Positions 35,447 to 45,643 of a DNA stretch of 47,024 nucleotides are shown here, in pieces. Position 1 is the stretch's first letter, and every line of letters begins with the position of its first letter. Source of the DNA: Candidatus Pelagibacterales bacterium (GTDB taxonomy: Bacteria; Pseudomonadota; Alphaproteobacteria; Pelagibacterales; AG-422-B15); NCBI GenBank assembly GCA_029242795.1, contig JAQWTH010000033.1, positions 1 to 47,024 on the forward strand, read 5' to 3'. The notes beneath the pieces were generated by a model. It was not told the DNA's origin and searched no databases. It saw nothing but the letters and a program-made list of their open reading frames with translations. Made by a program: the position numbers and the translations under genes.

Positions 35447-37180
35447 ATGGAAAGCAAAAATTTAATATTGGCAATTACATTATCAGTTGGAATACTATTG
35501 ATATGGTCAATATTATTTGAAGCTCCTCCTATAGAAGATCCTAGAATCAACAATCAAGCAACAGAAATAAAAAAAGAAGATGGTAATAAAGACGCTGATC
35601 TTGACTTTAATAGTTTTGATATTGGTGAGACTATAGTAAATTCTTCTGAAGACATATTATCTGTAGATGAGTCATTAAAAAATTCTCAAAGGATTAAAAT
35701 CAAAACACCAAGTCTGTCTGGCTCAATTAATTTACTCGGTCTTAAAATAGATGATTTAGTACTGGAGAAATATAATAAAACTCTTGAAGCCGACTCTGAA
35801 AAAATTAGATTTTTGTCGCCAGGAGATACTCGTGATGGCTTAGAAATATCATTTGGCTGGATAAAGCCTAAAGACTCATCTTTTGATGTACCAGACTCTA
35901 AATCTCTCTGGAGTGTAAGTAATAGCTCTACCACTCTTGATGAGAATAATGAGGTAATATTAGAATGGTCAAATAATTCAGGTCAAATCTTCCAGACTTT
36001 TATTAGTGTCGATAAAGACTACCTATTTAATGTAAAGCAAGTTGTAAAAAATAATTCTTCGGAGGAAATAATCGTTAATAACAATAGTAAGGTTATTAGA
36101 AAAAAAGCTCCTCAATTATCTGGAATGTTTATATTACACGAAGGCCCAATTGGCGTTTTAAAAGAAGAGCTTGAACTTATTGATTACGACGATCTTAAAG
36201 AAGATAAAGACGTACTTAATTATGAGAGTGATAATGGCTGGATTGGAATAACAGATAAATATTGGTTAGCTGCATTGATACCAGATCAAAATATACCCTT
36301 CAAAAGTATTTATGCTTATGATGATAATCTTGGTTATATTACATATTTTAGATCTCTGGACTCATACAGCGTAAAACCAAATACTAAAATTGAAATTGAC
36401 AGTAAAGTTTTTGCTGGAGCGAAAGAGGCTGATCTTCTCGATCTTTATCAAGAAAAATACAACATCTATAATTTTGACTTAGCTATTGATTGGGGCTGGT
36501 TTTATTTCATTACCAAACCATTATTTTATGCGATTTCTTACTTCTATGAATTATTTGGAAACTTTGGTATAGCCATCATTCTTTTAACCATGATTACTAG
36601 AATTGTATTCTTTCCTCTGGCTAACTGGTCTTTTGTTTCAATGGCTAAAATGAAATTACTTCAACCAGAAATGACTCGGATCAAAGATTTGTATAAAGAT
36701 GACAGACAACAGCAGCAGCAGGCTTTAATGGCTCTTTATAAAAAAGAAAAAGTTAATCCTGTCTCGGGATGTTTACCGATCTTAATACAAATTCCTTTCT
36801 TTTTTGCAATTTATAAAATGTTATTTATTTCTATTGAAATGAGACACGCTCCATTCTATGGATGGATTGAAGACTTATCAGTAAAAGATCCTACAACAAT
36901 ATTCAATTTATTTGGATTAATACCCTGGGATCCTCCCTCATTCATGATAATTGGTATCTGGCCTATTTTAATGGGACTAACAATGTATCTTCAACAAAAG
37001 TTAAATCCTGCTCCACCAGATCCCATTCAAGCAAAAATATTTTCATTCTTTCCTTTGTTTATAACAATTCTTTTATCTCAATTTGCTGCTGGACTTGTTA
37101 TTTATTGGACAACAAATAATATCCTATCCATTTTGCAACAATGGATTATTACTCGACGAACAAAAATAAAAACTAATTAA
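35447..37180 (+). CDS. yidC: Membrane protein insertase YidC
   Basis: N-terminal anchor, a large periplasmic domain, then the conserved 60-kDa insertase core (GIAIILLTMITRIVFFPL, MKLLQPEM, NPVSGCLPILIQIPFFFALY-like, GLVIYWTTNNILS). Confidence 0.92.
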   Translation: MESKNLILAITLSVGILLIWSILFEAPPIEDPRINNQATEIKKEDGNKDADLDFNSFDIGETIVNSSEDILSVDESLKNSQRIKIKTPSLSGSINLLGLKIDDLVLEKYNKTLEADSEKIRFLSPGDTRDGLEISFGWIKPKDSSFDVPDSKSLWSVSNSSTTLDENNEVILEWSNNSGQIFQTFISVDKDYLFNVKQVVKNNSSEEIIVNNNSKVIRKKAPQLSGMFILHEGPIGVLKEELELIDYDDLKEDKDVLNYESDNGWIGITDKYWLAALIPDQNIPFKSIYAYDDNLGYITYFRSLDSYSVKPNTKIEIDSKVFAGAKEADLLDLYQEKYNIYNFDLAIDWGWFYFITKPLFYAISYFYELFGNFGIAIILLTMITRIVFFPLANWSFVSMAKMKLLQPEMTRIKDLYKDDRQQQQQALMALYKKEKVNPVSGCLPILIQIPFFFAIYKMLFISIEMRHAPFYGWIEDLSVKDPTTIFNLFGLIPWDPPSFMIIGIWPILMGLTMYLQQKLNPAPPDPIQAKIFSFFPLFITILLSQFAAGLVIYWTTNNILSILQQWIITRRTKIKTN

Positions 37181-37185
37181 TTATC

Positions 37186-38076
37186 ATGGTAGTTTTAAAG
37201 AAAAGAGCTCTAGATAGAGCTCAGTTATTAAAAAAATATTGGAAGCAAGGTTCTAAATACCACTCTGGAGCGGAAAATTTTATATCTAATTACGAAAATC
37301 AATATGTTGTTATTAAATATGGTGGATTTTCTCTCAATAAAAAAAAATTAGTTACATCTTTTGCTAAAAATATTTCCTTATTAAACCAATTGGGAGTCAA
37401 AATCATTATTGTCCATGGAGGTGGACCACAAATAGAAAAAGAATTAAAAAAAAGAAAAATTATTGATAAAGAATATCAGGGTCTAAGAATTACCACAAAA
37501 GAAATTTTAACAATTGTAAAGCAAATTCTTGGCAATCAATTAAATAAGATGATTGTTAAAGAAATAAATAAATTTCGAGGAAATGCAATATCATTCAATG
37601 GACTAAATAAAAGATTACTTAAATCTAAAATTCTTATGAATGGTGAAATTGGCTTCGTGGGAAACCCTATTAAATTAGATAAAAAAAGTCTTATGACAGC
37701 AATAAGTAAGAATAAAGTTCCAATAGTTGCACCAATAGGTTTTGATGATAATGGAAATAAATACAATATTAATGCTGATGTTGCTGCAGGGTTTATAGCT
37801 GAAACATTAAAAGTAAAAAGACTTCTTTTATTGACTGACGTTGAAGGAGTATTAGATAAAAATAGAAAGCTTATTGCAGAATTAAACAAAAAAAAGGCTT
37901 TTGAATATATAAAAAAAGGAACTATAAAAGGTGGAATGATACCAAAAGTTAAAACATGCTTTAAAACTCTGAATAAAGGAGTAAGGGGTGTTGCTTTAGT
38001 TGATGGAAGAAAAGAAAATGCTATTTTAATGGAGCTTCTTACTGAAAAAGGGGCAGGAACATTAATTAAAAGATAA
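37186..38076 (+). CDS. argB: Acetylglutamate kinase
   Basis: [49 protein letters not shown]. Confidence 0.9.
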   Translation: MVVLKKRALDRAQLLKKYWKQGSKYHSGAENFISNYENQYVVIKYGGFSLNKKKLVTSFAKNISLLNQLGVKIIIVHGGGPQIEKELKKRKIIDKEYQGLRITTKEILTIVKQILGNQLNKMIVKEINKFRGNAISFNGLNKRLLKSKILMNGEIGFVGNPIKLDKKSLMTAISKNKVPIVAPIGFDDNGNKYNINADVAAGFIAETLKVKRLLLLTDVEGVLDKNRKLIAELNKKKAFEYIKKGTIKGGMIPKVKTCFKTLNKGVRGVALVDGRKENAILMELLTEKGAGTLIKR

Positions 38077-38081
38077 AAAAT

Positions 38082-38897
38082 ATGACTGATATTAAAAATA
38101 TTATTGAAAATGCATGGGATAATGTCTCTAGCCTTACCTCTGAAAATAAAGATATTGCTGAAGCAGTGAGAGAGGTGATTGGAAAACTTGATAATGGTGA
38201 GTATAGGATTGCTGAAAAAAATGGGAATGAATGGATCGTTAATCAATGGCTTAAAAAAGCAGTGCTTATTTCATTTCGTTTAAATGATAATCAAATATTA
38301 AGAGGCCCATATACAACTTGGTATGACAAGGTTAGAGGAAAGACAGTTGATTGGAATGAGGATGATTGGAAAAACGCTGGATATCGACATGTACCCAATG
38401 GCACTGTAAGAGAGGGTTCTTTTATAGGTAAAGGTGTTGTTCTTATGCCATCTTTTGTGAATATAGGGGCTTACATTGATGAAGGTACTATGGTTGATAC
38501 TTGGGCAACAGTTGGGTCTTGTGCGCAAATTGGAAAAAATTGCCATTTATCTGGAGGTGTTGGAATTGGAGGAGTGTTAGAACCCCTCCAAGCCAATCCT
38601 GTAATAATTGAAGATAACTGTTTCGTTGGAGCAAGAGCTGAGGTTGCCGAAGGCGTAATAGTTAGAGAAGGGTCTGTTTTATCAATGGGAGTATATTTAG
38701 GGGCCTCAACTAAAATTGTTAATAGATCAACAGGTGAGATATCTTATGGGGAAGTTCCAGCTTATTCAGTTGTTGTGCCCGGAACACTTCCTAATACGGA
38801 TCCAGCTAAGCCTAGTTTGTATTGTGTAGTAATTGTTAAAACTGTTGATGAAAATACAAGGAAAAAAACATCAATAAACGACTTACTAAGAGAGTAA
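38082..38897 (+). CDS. dapD: 2,3,4,5-tetrahydropyridine-2,6-dicarboxylate N-succinyltransferase
   Basis: Near-colinear with E. coli DapD by eye ([73 protein letters not shown]). Confidence 0.93.
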   Translation: MTDIKNIIENAWDNVSSLTSENKDIAEAVREVIGKLDNGEYRIAEKNGNEWIVNQWLKKAVLISFRLNDNQILRGPYTTWYDKVRGKTVDWNEDDWKNAGYRHVPNGTVREGSFIGKGVVLMPSFVNIGAYIDEGTMVDTWATVGSCAQIGKNCHLSGGVGIGGVLEPLQANPVIIEDNCFVGARAEVAEGVIVREGSVLSMGVYLGASTKIVNRSTGEISYGEVPAYSVVVPGTLPNTDPAKPSLYCVVIVKTVDENTRKKTSINDLLRE

Positions 38898-38902
38898 GTT
38901 AG

Positions 38903-40054
38903 ATGGAAGTCTTAGAGCTAACAAAATCACTTATATCGTGCCCTAGTGTTACACCTAAAAATGAAGGTGTCCTTGATCTGCTTGAGAAAGAATTATTAGA
39001 AATAGGTTTCAAATGTCATCGCTACTTATTTAGCGATCATAATACACCTGACGTAGATAATTTATTTGCAAAATTTGGTAGTGGATCTCCTCATTTTTGT
39101 TTTGGTGGTCACACTGATGTGGTCCCTGTAGGCGATCTTGACTCTTGGAGCTACAACCCATTTAAACCAACAGAAAAAGATGGAAGAATATATGGGCGTG
39201 GTGCAAGTGATATGAAATCTGCTATTGGAGCATTTATCTGCGCAGCTAGGAATTATATTAAAAGCTCAGATTTTAAAGGATCGATAAGCTTGTTAATTAC
39301 AAATGATGAGGAAGGACCTGCAATAAATGGAACAAAAAAAGTTCTTCAAAAATTATATGAGGATGGAGAAAAAATAGACTCTTGTATTGTAGGTGAGCCA
39401 ACTTGCCCAAACAAATTAGGTGAAATGATAAAAATTGGAAGAAGAGGCAGCTTAACAAGTAAGATCACTATTAAAGGTAAGCAAGGTCATGTGGCATATC
39501 CACAGTGGACTCTTAATCCAATTAATCCTCTAACAAATATATTAAGTAATATATCTAATGTTAATTTAGATTCAGGAACAGATGATTTTCCACCATCTAA
39601 TATAGAGGTTGTTAATATTAGCTCTAGCGACGGAGCATCTAATGTAGTTCCTCAGATTGCAACGGGTCAATTAAACGTACGATATAACATCAATCATAAT
39701 GAAGAAAGTCTAATGAAAATTTTTGATGAAATTGTTAAAGAAGAGATTGGTGATAGTGAATATGAATTTAAAATAGAGCATAATAATTCTGCAGAACCAT
39801 TTCTCACAGAAAAAGGTGAATTTATAAATATTATAAAAGAGTCTGTTGATGAGATTACTGGATTAGATGCTGCCCTAACAACAACAGGGGGTACATCTGA
39901 TGCTAGATTTTTTAGAGATTACTGTGAAGTTGCAGAATTTGGTTTAATTGGTGAAACAGCTCACCAGGTAGATGAAAATGTCAAAATTACCGATATTGAG
40001 AATCTTGAAAAGATTTATTATTCAATACTAAAGAAATATTTTCATAAAAATTAA
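38903..40054 (+). CDS. dapE: Succinyl-diaminopimelate desuccinylase (M20 peptidase)
   Basis: GHTDVVPVG, GRGASDMK, NDEEG, GEPT, RRGS, TGGTSDARF. Confidence 0.9.
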   Translation: MEVLELTKSLISCPSVTPKNEGVLDLLEKELLEIGFKCHRYLFSDHNTPDVDNLFAKFGSGSPHFCFGGHTDVVPVGDLDSWSYNPFKPTEKDGRIYGRGASDMKSAIGAFICAARNYIKSSDFKGSISLLITNDEEGPAINGTKKVLQKLYEDGEKIDSCIVGEPTCPNKLGEMIKIGRRGSLTSKITIKGKQGHVAYPQWTLNPINPLTNILSNISNVNLDSGTDDFPPSNIEVVNISSSDGASNVVPQIATGQLNVRYNINHNEESLMKIFDEIVKEEIGDSEYEFKIEHNNSAEPFLTEKGEFINIIKESVDEITGLDAALTTTGGTSDARFFRDYCEVAEFGLIGETAHQVDENVKITDIENLEKIYYSILKKYFHKN

Positions 40055-40063
40055 CTTAATCAT

Positions 40064-40801
40064 CTAGTATTTTACTTCCATAAAATATAACCCTTCAGAA
40101 GGAGCTAATGCACCACATTTAGATCTGTTCTTTGATTTTAGTGCGTTATCAAAATCTTGGATTGACCAACTTCCATCGCCTACCATTTTTAAACTACCCA
40201 CTAATGATCTTACTTGGTGATGTAGAAATGACCTTGCACTTATACCAAAATATATATTTTCATCAGACTGTGTAATTTTTACCTCATCAATCGTTTTAAT
40301 AGGACTCTCAGACTGACAGTGAGATGAGCGAAAAGTTGTAAAATCATGTTTGCCTTCTATCAAAGGTATGCATTTTTTCATAGGCTCAACACTTAAGCTC
40401 TTATGAACTTGCCAGGCTCTTCCTTTTTCAATTGTTAAGGGTGATTTTCTATTTATTATTCTATACAGGTATTTTCTTTGTACTGCATCAAAACGAGCAT
40501 GAAAATTTTCGTCGACTTCTACGACATCTAGGATAGATATCGGCAATGGCCTTAGATGATCATTCAATGCATTTTTAATGACATATGTGTCAAAACTTTT
40601 CTTCTTAATATCGAAGTGCGCTGTTTGACCAATAGCATGTACGCCAGCATCCGTCCTACCGGCTCCAAATATAACCACTTCTTCTTCAAAAATCTTTTTA
40701 ATTGCACTTTCAATTGACTCTTGAATTGATCTTCCATTTTCTTGTTTTTGCCAACCAACAAATGGGGTGCCATCATATTCAATAATAATTTTATACCTCA
40801 T
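40064..40801 (-). CDS. truA: tRNA pseudouridine(38-40) synthase
   Basis: YDGTPFVGWQKQ, catalytic GAGRTDAGVHA, HHQVRSLVG. Confidence 0.92.
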   Translation of the reverse strand: MRYKIIIEYDGTPFVGWQKQENGRSIQESIESAIKKIFEEEVVIFGAGRTDAGVHAIGQTAHFDIKKKSFDTYVIKNALNDHLRPLPISILDVVEVDENFHARFDAVQRKYLYRIINRKSPLTIEKGRAWQVHKSLSVEPMKKCIPLIEGKHDFTTFRSSHCQSESPIKTIDEVKITQSDENIYFGISARSFLHHQVRSLVGSLKMVGDGSWSIQDFDNALKSKNRSKCGALAPSEGLYFMEVKY

Positions 40802-41721
40802 TAGTCTAGATTATTTCCATCTAAAGCATTATTGCCTAATAGAAATGACTTAATGTCTGATTTATTTTTTCCTTCTTTTTGAAGAACTTTTAGTTTCAAA
40901 GAGTTTTCCCCACATGCAATTTCAAATTCGTCATTTAATATTTCGCCAGGCTTACCATGACTACTAGAAATTTCTGCCTCAAAAACCTTAATGCGTTTAC
41001 CATTCATTTCAAACCATGCTCCAGGTTTTGGGTTAAAAGCTCTTATCTTTCTCTCAATGAGTTCAGCTGGCTCATTCCAGTTTATTCTAGTTTCAGATTT
41101 CAAAATTTTATTTGCATAGCTAGCAAGTTCATCACTTTGCTTAATTAATTCAAATTTGTATTCAAATTTTTTCAGAAAATTAGATAAATTTCTTACCCCT
41201 AGCTCAGCTAAATTATTTGATAATGAATCTTGAGTATCTTTTTTTTTGATTTCAATCTCATCAATAAAGACTATATCGCCAGTATCTAAACCTTCATCTA
41301 TTTTTATGAAAGAAACTCCAGAAACGTGATCGCCTTCTATTATTGATCTTTGAATTGGCGCAGCTCCCCTCCAACGAGGAAGTATGGATGCATGAATATT
41401 ATAGCATCCATATTTTGGTATATTTAATATTTCTTTGGGAATAATAAATCCATAAGCAATAACAATTATTAAATCTAATTTCATTGATTTAATTGAATTA
41501 ATTATAGATTGATCTCCTAAATTCTCTGGAGACTCTAGTTGTAAGTTTAATTCTTTAGCTGCAAATGCTATTGGTGATAAAGAACTTTTCATTCCTCTAT
41601 TTGCTTTTTTTGGAGGAGATGTAAAAACTTTAGTAATGTTTTGATTTAAATTAATTAATTCTTTTAAAATTGGGACAGCGAAAGAAGATGTTCCCATGAA
41701 TAAAATATTGTAATTATTCAT
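40801..41721 (-). CDS. fmt: Methionyl-tRNA formyltransferase
   Basis: NIHASILPRWRGAAPIQRSI, DEGLDTGDI, and a C-terminal formyltransferase beta-barrel domain. 1-nt overlap with truA. Confidence 0.92.
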   Translation of the reverse strand: MNNYNILFMGTSSFAVPILKELINLNQNITKVFTSPPKKANRGMKSSLSPIAFAAKELNLQLESPENLGDQSIINSIKSMKLDLIIVIAYGFIIPKEILNIPKYGCYNIHASILPRWRGAAPIQRSIIEGDHVSGVSFIKIDEGLDTGDIVFIDEIEIKKKDTQDSLSNNLAELGVRNLSNFLKKFEYKFELIKQSDELASYANKILKSETRINWNEPAELIERKIRAFNPKPGAWFEMNGKRIKVFEAEISSSHGKPGEILNDEFEIACGENSLKLKVLQKEGKNKSDIKSFLLGNNALDGNNLD

Positions 41722-41730
41722 TGTTATTTT

Positions 41731-42267
41731 CTAGGCTACAATTCGTTCTTTTGATGATTGTTTTTTTACTTTTACTAGTTTCTTTACAATTAAATTTTTC
41801 TTTAATTTTGATAGATGATCAATAAATAAAATTCCTTCAAGGTGATCCATTTCATGTTGAATACAAGTTGCAAAAAGACCTTCAACCTCTTCTTGCTTTT
41901 CTTTGCCATCATAATCTAAGTAATTAATAACGCACGTTTCAGGTCTCTCAATCTCAGCATATTGATCTGGCACTGAAAGACACCCTTCTTCGTAAGTAGA
42001 TAAATCTTTTGCTTTATTTGAAATGACAGGATTAACAAAATATTTTGGTTCTTTTATTCCATCTTCCTTGTTCCATGAAATATCCATTACAATAACTCTT
42101 AGGGGTACACCAATTTGCACAGCTGCAAGTCCAATGCCTGGGGCATCATACATTGTTTCAAGCATGTCATCCATGAGCTTACGAATTTCATCATCAACTT
42201 TTTCAACTGGTTTTGAAATTGTCTTCAAAAGAGGATCTGGTGCTGTTAAAATTTTTTTAATTGCCAT
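41731..42267 (-). CDS. def: Peptide deformylase
   Basis: [26 protein letters not shown]. Start set at ATG 42267 ([12 protein letters not shown]). The tracked start at 42291 is a TTG adding 8 residues. Confidence 0.92.
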   Translation of the reverse strand: MAIKKILTAPDPLLKTISKPVEKVDDEIRKLMDDMLETMYDAPGIGLAAVQIGVPLRVIVMDISWNKEDGIKEPKYFVNPVISNKAKDLSTYEEGCLSVPDQYAEIERPETCVINYLDYDGKEKQEEVEGLFATCIQHEMDHLEGILFIDHLSKLKKNLIVKKLVKVKKQSSKERIVA

Positions 42268-42336
42268 AATTATGAGATAAGACAACTTCAAAGCCTCGTC
42301 AAGATTAACCTTTTTTTTGGCTTTAAATATTGATAT

Positions 42337-42942
42337 TTATAATTTTTGTCTCGATGAAAGTGCCGCTGCAATCGTTCCTTCATCCATATAATCAAGCTCG
42401 CCACCTACTGGAACTCCGTGGCCCAATCGACTAACTTCTACATTTAAAGACTCGAGAGACTCTGCAACATAATGCGCTGTCGTTTGACCATCAACTGTAG
42501 CACTCATAGCTAATATCACTTCTCTAACATGATCTTCACTGGCTCTTGCAACGAGTTGTTTGATGGATAAATCATCTGGCCCAATTCCATTTATAGCTGA
42601 AAGGTTACCTCCTAATATATGATAACATCCGTTAAAGACACCAGATTTCTCTAATGCCCACAAATCAGCAACATCTTCTATCACACAAATCTGACTTTGG
42701 TCTCGCAAATTGTCTTTACACATTCCACAGGGTGAGTGAAGGTCAATGTTTCCACAAGTTTCACAGTTTAAAATCTTCTCACTTGCATTTAAAAGTGCTT
42801 CTGACAGAGGTTTCATGAGTTGATCCTTACGCTTTAGTAAATGTAGAACCACTCTGCCAGCAGATTTTGGTCCAAATCCAGGTAGCTTACTTATAAGCAA
42901 GATCAATCTATCTATTTCTTCATTTGAATAATTACGACTCAT
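42337..42942 (-). CDS. recR: Recombination protein RecR
   Basis: LPGFGPKSAGR (HhH), C4 zinc finger CETCGN...CGMC, and a Toprim segment. Start at ATG 42942, 1 nt after the ybaB stop. The tracked 14-codon extension overlaps ybaB. Confidence 0.92.
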   Translation of the reverse strand: MSRNYSNEEIDRLILLISKLPGFGPKSAGRVVLHLLKRKDQLMKPLSEALLNASEKILNCETCGNIDLHSPCGMCKDNLRDQSQICVIEDVADLWALEKSGVFNGCYHILGGNLSAINGIGPDDLSIKQLVARASEDHVREVILAMSATVDGQTTAHYVAESLESLNVEVSRLGHGVPVGGELDYMDEGTIAAALSSRQKL

Positions 42943-42943
42943 A

Positions 42944-43264
42944 TCAGAAAGGCATTTTAAACCCAGGCGGAAGCTGTAAACCACCCGTTATCGAGCTCAT
43001 TTCGTCAGAAATTTTTTTCTGAATTTTTTCTTTACCATCATTAAACGCTGCTAGTATTAAGTCCTCAAGTATTTCAATATCATCTTTTGAGATTAATGAC
43101 TCATCTATTTTTACAGACTTAACATTGTTCTTACCATCAACAATTATCTTAATAAGTCCTCCACCAGAAGTTCCTTCAGCTTCAAGTGACTCAACTTTTT
43201 TTTGAGCCTCAGCCATCTTCTTCTGAAGATCCTGAGCTTGTTTCATCATATTATTAAAATTCAT
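42944..43264 (-). CDS. ybaB: YbaB/EbfC family nucleoid-associated protein
   Basis: 106 aa: MMKQAQDLQKKMAEAQKKV...GGGLIKI...DDIEILEDLILAAFND. Lies in the conserved dnaX-ybaB-recR position. Confidence 0.9.
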   Translation of the reverse strand: MNFNNMMKQAQDLQKKMAEAQKKVESLEAEGTSGGGLIKIIVDGKNNVKSVKIDESLISKDDIEILEDLILAAFNDGKEKIQKKISDEMSSITGGLQLPPGFKMPF

Positions 43265-43285
43265 TTATCTTATCCCTATTTAAAT

Positions 43286-44533
43286 TTAATCAATATTTTC
43301 AACTTCTGTTCCTGGAAAAAAATCAATTATTTCTTTCACCTTGGGGTTTATACTTTTGTCACTTTCTGTGTCATCAATTGATCTACTCAAGTTTTTGATA
43401 AGATCCTCTGGGTTAGGTGATTCTTCTAAGTAAATAAGTCTTATAATTAACATCTCAAGACTACTTATAGGAGAAAAAGAGCTTTGAACTTCAATTAAAC
43501 CTTTATTAAGCATTTGCCAAACCATTGAAATAGACTGAATTTCAAGTTTTGTAGATAGATTTTCTAAAAGTTGAAACTCGGACTCGGTTAATAAGTATTT
43601 TATACCCTCGTTTGCACCAATCTTAATCATTCCAATTTGATGAATATTTGTAATTAAATCTTTTAATATTAAGATAGGATCAGCACCGTGATCATACAGT
43701 TCATTTATTTTTTTCAATGAATCTCCTGTTCTTCCCTCAATAATTAGTTTTAAGAGATCTAAAATTTGAGTAGGATCATTTAGTCCAATCATTTCTTTAA
43801 CCAATTCTTCACTCACATTTCCCTCAGAATAGGCAATACTCTGGTCAAGTAAAGATAGCCCATCACGAACCGATCCGTCTGCTGCCCTAGACAAAATCTT
43901 CAACGCCCCCTCATCAATTGAAATATTCTCATGAGAACAGATTTCATTTAAGTATTTGGATAAAGAGCCCGGCTCTACTCTTTTTAAATCGTATCTTTGA
44001 CATCGTGATAAAATAGTTGTTGGAATTTTTCGTACCTCAGTAGTTGCAAAAATAAACTTCACATGTGGAGGTGGTTCTTCTAAGGTTTTTAAGAGTCCAT
44101 TAAAAGCAGCGGTGGATAACATATGAACTTCATCAATTATATAAATTTTATATTTTGAAGAAATTGGTGCATACTGAACTCCTTCAATTAATTCTCTTAT
44201 ATCAGAAATACCTGTTCTCGAAGCAGCATCCATTTCTAATACATCAACACTTCTTGACTCTGATATTGATATACAATTTTCACATTCACCACACGGTTCT
44301 TGAAAGCTTTCTTTGTCTGCATCGATCGCCTGACAGTTCAGTGACATGGCAATAATTCTTGCAGATGTTGTCTTTCCAACCCCTCTTACACCTGTCAATA
44401 AATAGGCATTTGCAATTCTTTTTAATTTGATTGCATTTTTTATTGTCTGAACAATAAGTTCTTGACCGATTAAATCACTGAATTTTCTTGGTCTGTACTT
44501 TAGTGGAATTGGTATATATATATTAGTTGACAT
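43286..44533 (-). CDS. dnaX: DNA polymerase III subunit gamma/tau (short, 415 aa)
   Basis: AAA+ clamp-loader motifs are present: Walker A GVRGVGKTT, zinc module CGECENC, Walker B IIDEVHML, SRC motif ILSRCQRY. Confidence 0.9.
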   Translation of the reverse strand: MSTNIYIPIPLKYRPRKFSDLIGQELIVQTIKNAIKLKRIANAYLLTGVRGVGKTTSARIIAMSLNCQAIDADKESFQEPCGECENCISISESRSVDVLEMDAASRTGISDIRELIEGVQYAPISSKYKIYIIDEVHMLSTAAFNGLLKTLEEPPPHVKFIFATTEVRKIPTTILSRCQRYDLKRVEPGSLSKYLNEICSHENISIDEGALKILSRAADGSVRDGLSLLDQSIAYSEGNVSEELVKEMIGLNDPTQILDLLKLIIEGRTGDSLKKINELYDHGADPILILKDLITNIHQIGMIKIGANEGIKYLLTESEFQLLENLSTKLEIQSISMVWQMLNKGLIEVQSSFSPISSLEMLIIRLIYLEESPNPEDLIKNLSRSIDDTESDKSINPKVKEIIDFFPGTEVENID

Positions 44534-44550
44534 GGTATTAAGTCTAATTT

Positions 44551-44648
44551 AGTGGGAGATTAAAGCAACCCAAGTATAGTCATTACGGCTGCTTCTTTTC
44601 AGATCTGACCGGGTTCATGATAGACTTGCCTACTAAATCTCCCTCACT
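44551..44648 (-). ncRNA. ffs: Signal recognition particle RNA (4.5S type)
   Basis: The reverse complement reads AGUGAGGGAGAUU...CCCGGUCAGAUCUGAAAAGAAGCAGCCGUAAUG...AAUCUCCCACU. The 5' and 3' ends pair (4 bp, 2-nt bulge, 7 bp). The centre matches the conserved domain IV core (GGUCAG..CU-GAAA-AG.AAGCAGCC) with a GNRA tetraloop. It is a local GC-rich island directly upstream of dnaX, a common ffs position. Confidence 0.8.
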
Positions 44649-44709
44649 ATTATAGCAGACAGAAACCAAAAATTGCTTTAATTAATTTAATAAATATTTA
44701 ATTTTTAGT

Positions 44710-45642
44710 ATGCCTAAAATAACTTTTGGTGACAATCCGTTAGATCATTCTTCAAAACTTAGAGGTGATAATAAATGGCAAAAAAATGCTTTACAGTCTG
44801 ATAAATCAAAGTTCATGATTTTTTATGAAGATAGACCTCTTATAAAAACTGACCCCACCAACAGAGACAATCCAAAAATATATTGGCTTACTTATCAGGA
44901 TATTAAATATTTACTCAATCAAAAAGTAATTATAATTTTCTTAGGTCTGATAGGAGAAAATATTTATTATGCCATTGATCTAAACGAACAAAATAATGAA
45001 CCTGAGAAATTAGAAAGTGGTCTATCAAACGCTAAATTTATTGACCTTAGATCTATTGCGCCAATGATAAATAATAAGAGTGCGGCTGTAGTTGCACAAG
45101 CTAAGTCAATTTTTGAATGGAACAAGTCTGCTATTTATTGCACAAAATGTAAAGGAGTAGAGTTAGAAGTACTAGAGTCTGGATACAAAAAAAAATGCAG
45201 TCAATGTGAGAAAGAGTATTTCCCAAGAGTTGACCCAGTTGTCATAATGTTACCATTCCACGAAAATAAATGTCTTTTGGGAAGGCAAAAAATTTTTCCA
45301 CCCAACATGTACTCAGCGTTAGCAGGATTCTTAGAGCCTGGTGAGACTATAGAGAGCGCTGTAATTCGTGAAGTAAAAGAAGAAGTAAATTTAAATACAG
45401 AAAATGTAATTTATAAATTTTCTCAACCTTGGCCATTCCCTTCTCAACTGATGATTGGGTGCCTTGCAGAAGTCGATAGCTTTGACCATATGGCTGACGA
45501 AGATGAAATAGAAGACTCAATTTGGCTTGATAAAGAAAATCTTACAGCTATTTTTGTTGGTAAGCATCAGAAGAGAATATGGATTCCTCCTCCCATGGCA
45601 ATTGCTCATCAATTGATATTAGAGTGGATGCATAAAAATTAG
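44710..45642 (+). CDS. nudC: NAD(+) diphosphatase (NADH pyrophosphatase)
   Basis: Zinc ribbon CTKCKG...CSQCEKEYFPRVDP, Nudix box GFLEPGETIESAVIREVKEEVNL, and the NudC-specific SQPWPFPSQLMIG. Confidence 0.87.
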   Translation: MPKITFGDNPLDHSSKLRGDNKWQKNALQSDKSKFMIFYEDRPLIKTDPTNRDNPKIYWLTYQDIKYLLNQKVIIIFLGLIGENIYYAIDLNEQNNEPEKLESGLSNAKFIDLRSIAPMINNKSAAVVAQAKSIFEWNKSAIYCTKCKGVELEVLESGYKKKCSQCEKEYFPRVDPVVIMLPFHENKCLLGRQKIFPPNMYSALAGFLEPGETIESAVIREVKEEVNLNTENVIYKFSQPWPFPSQLMIGCLAEVDSFDHMADEDEIEDSIWLDKENLTAIFVGKHQKRIWIPPPMAIAHQLILEWMHKN

Positions 45643-45643
45643 C

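Noticed and set aside
37536-38246. 236-aa ORF on the minus strand, one of the longer ORFs in the track
   Set aside because: It lies entirely antisense to argB and the start of dapD, both of which have unmistakable family motifs. Its translation is low-complexity (runs of F, I, L, S, P, N), typical of the reverse frame of AT-rich coding DNA, and it has no recognisable motif.
43708-43714. A7 run (GAAAAAAAT on the coding strand) inside dnaX as a possible programmed -1 frameshift site like the E. coli tau/gamma switch
   Set aside because: The heptamer is G AAA AAA rather than a canonical X XXY YYZ with matching X. A -1 slip would terminate after three codons at about residue 275, inside clamp-loader domain III, giving a non-functional product. 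The full protein is already gamma-sized.
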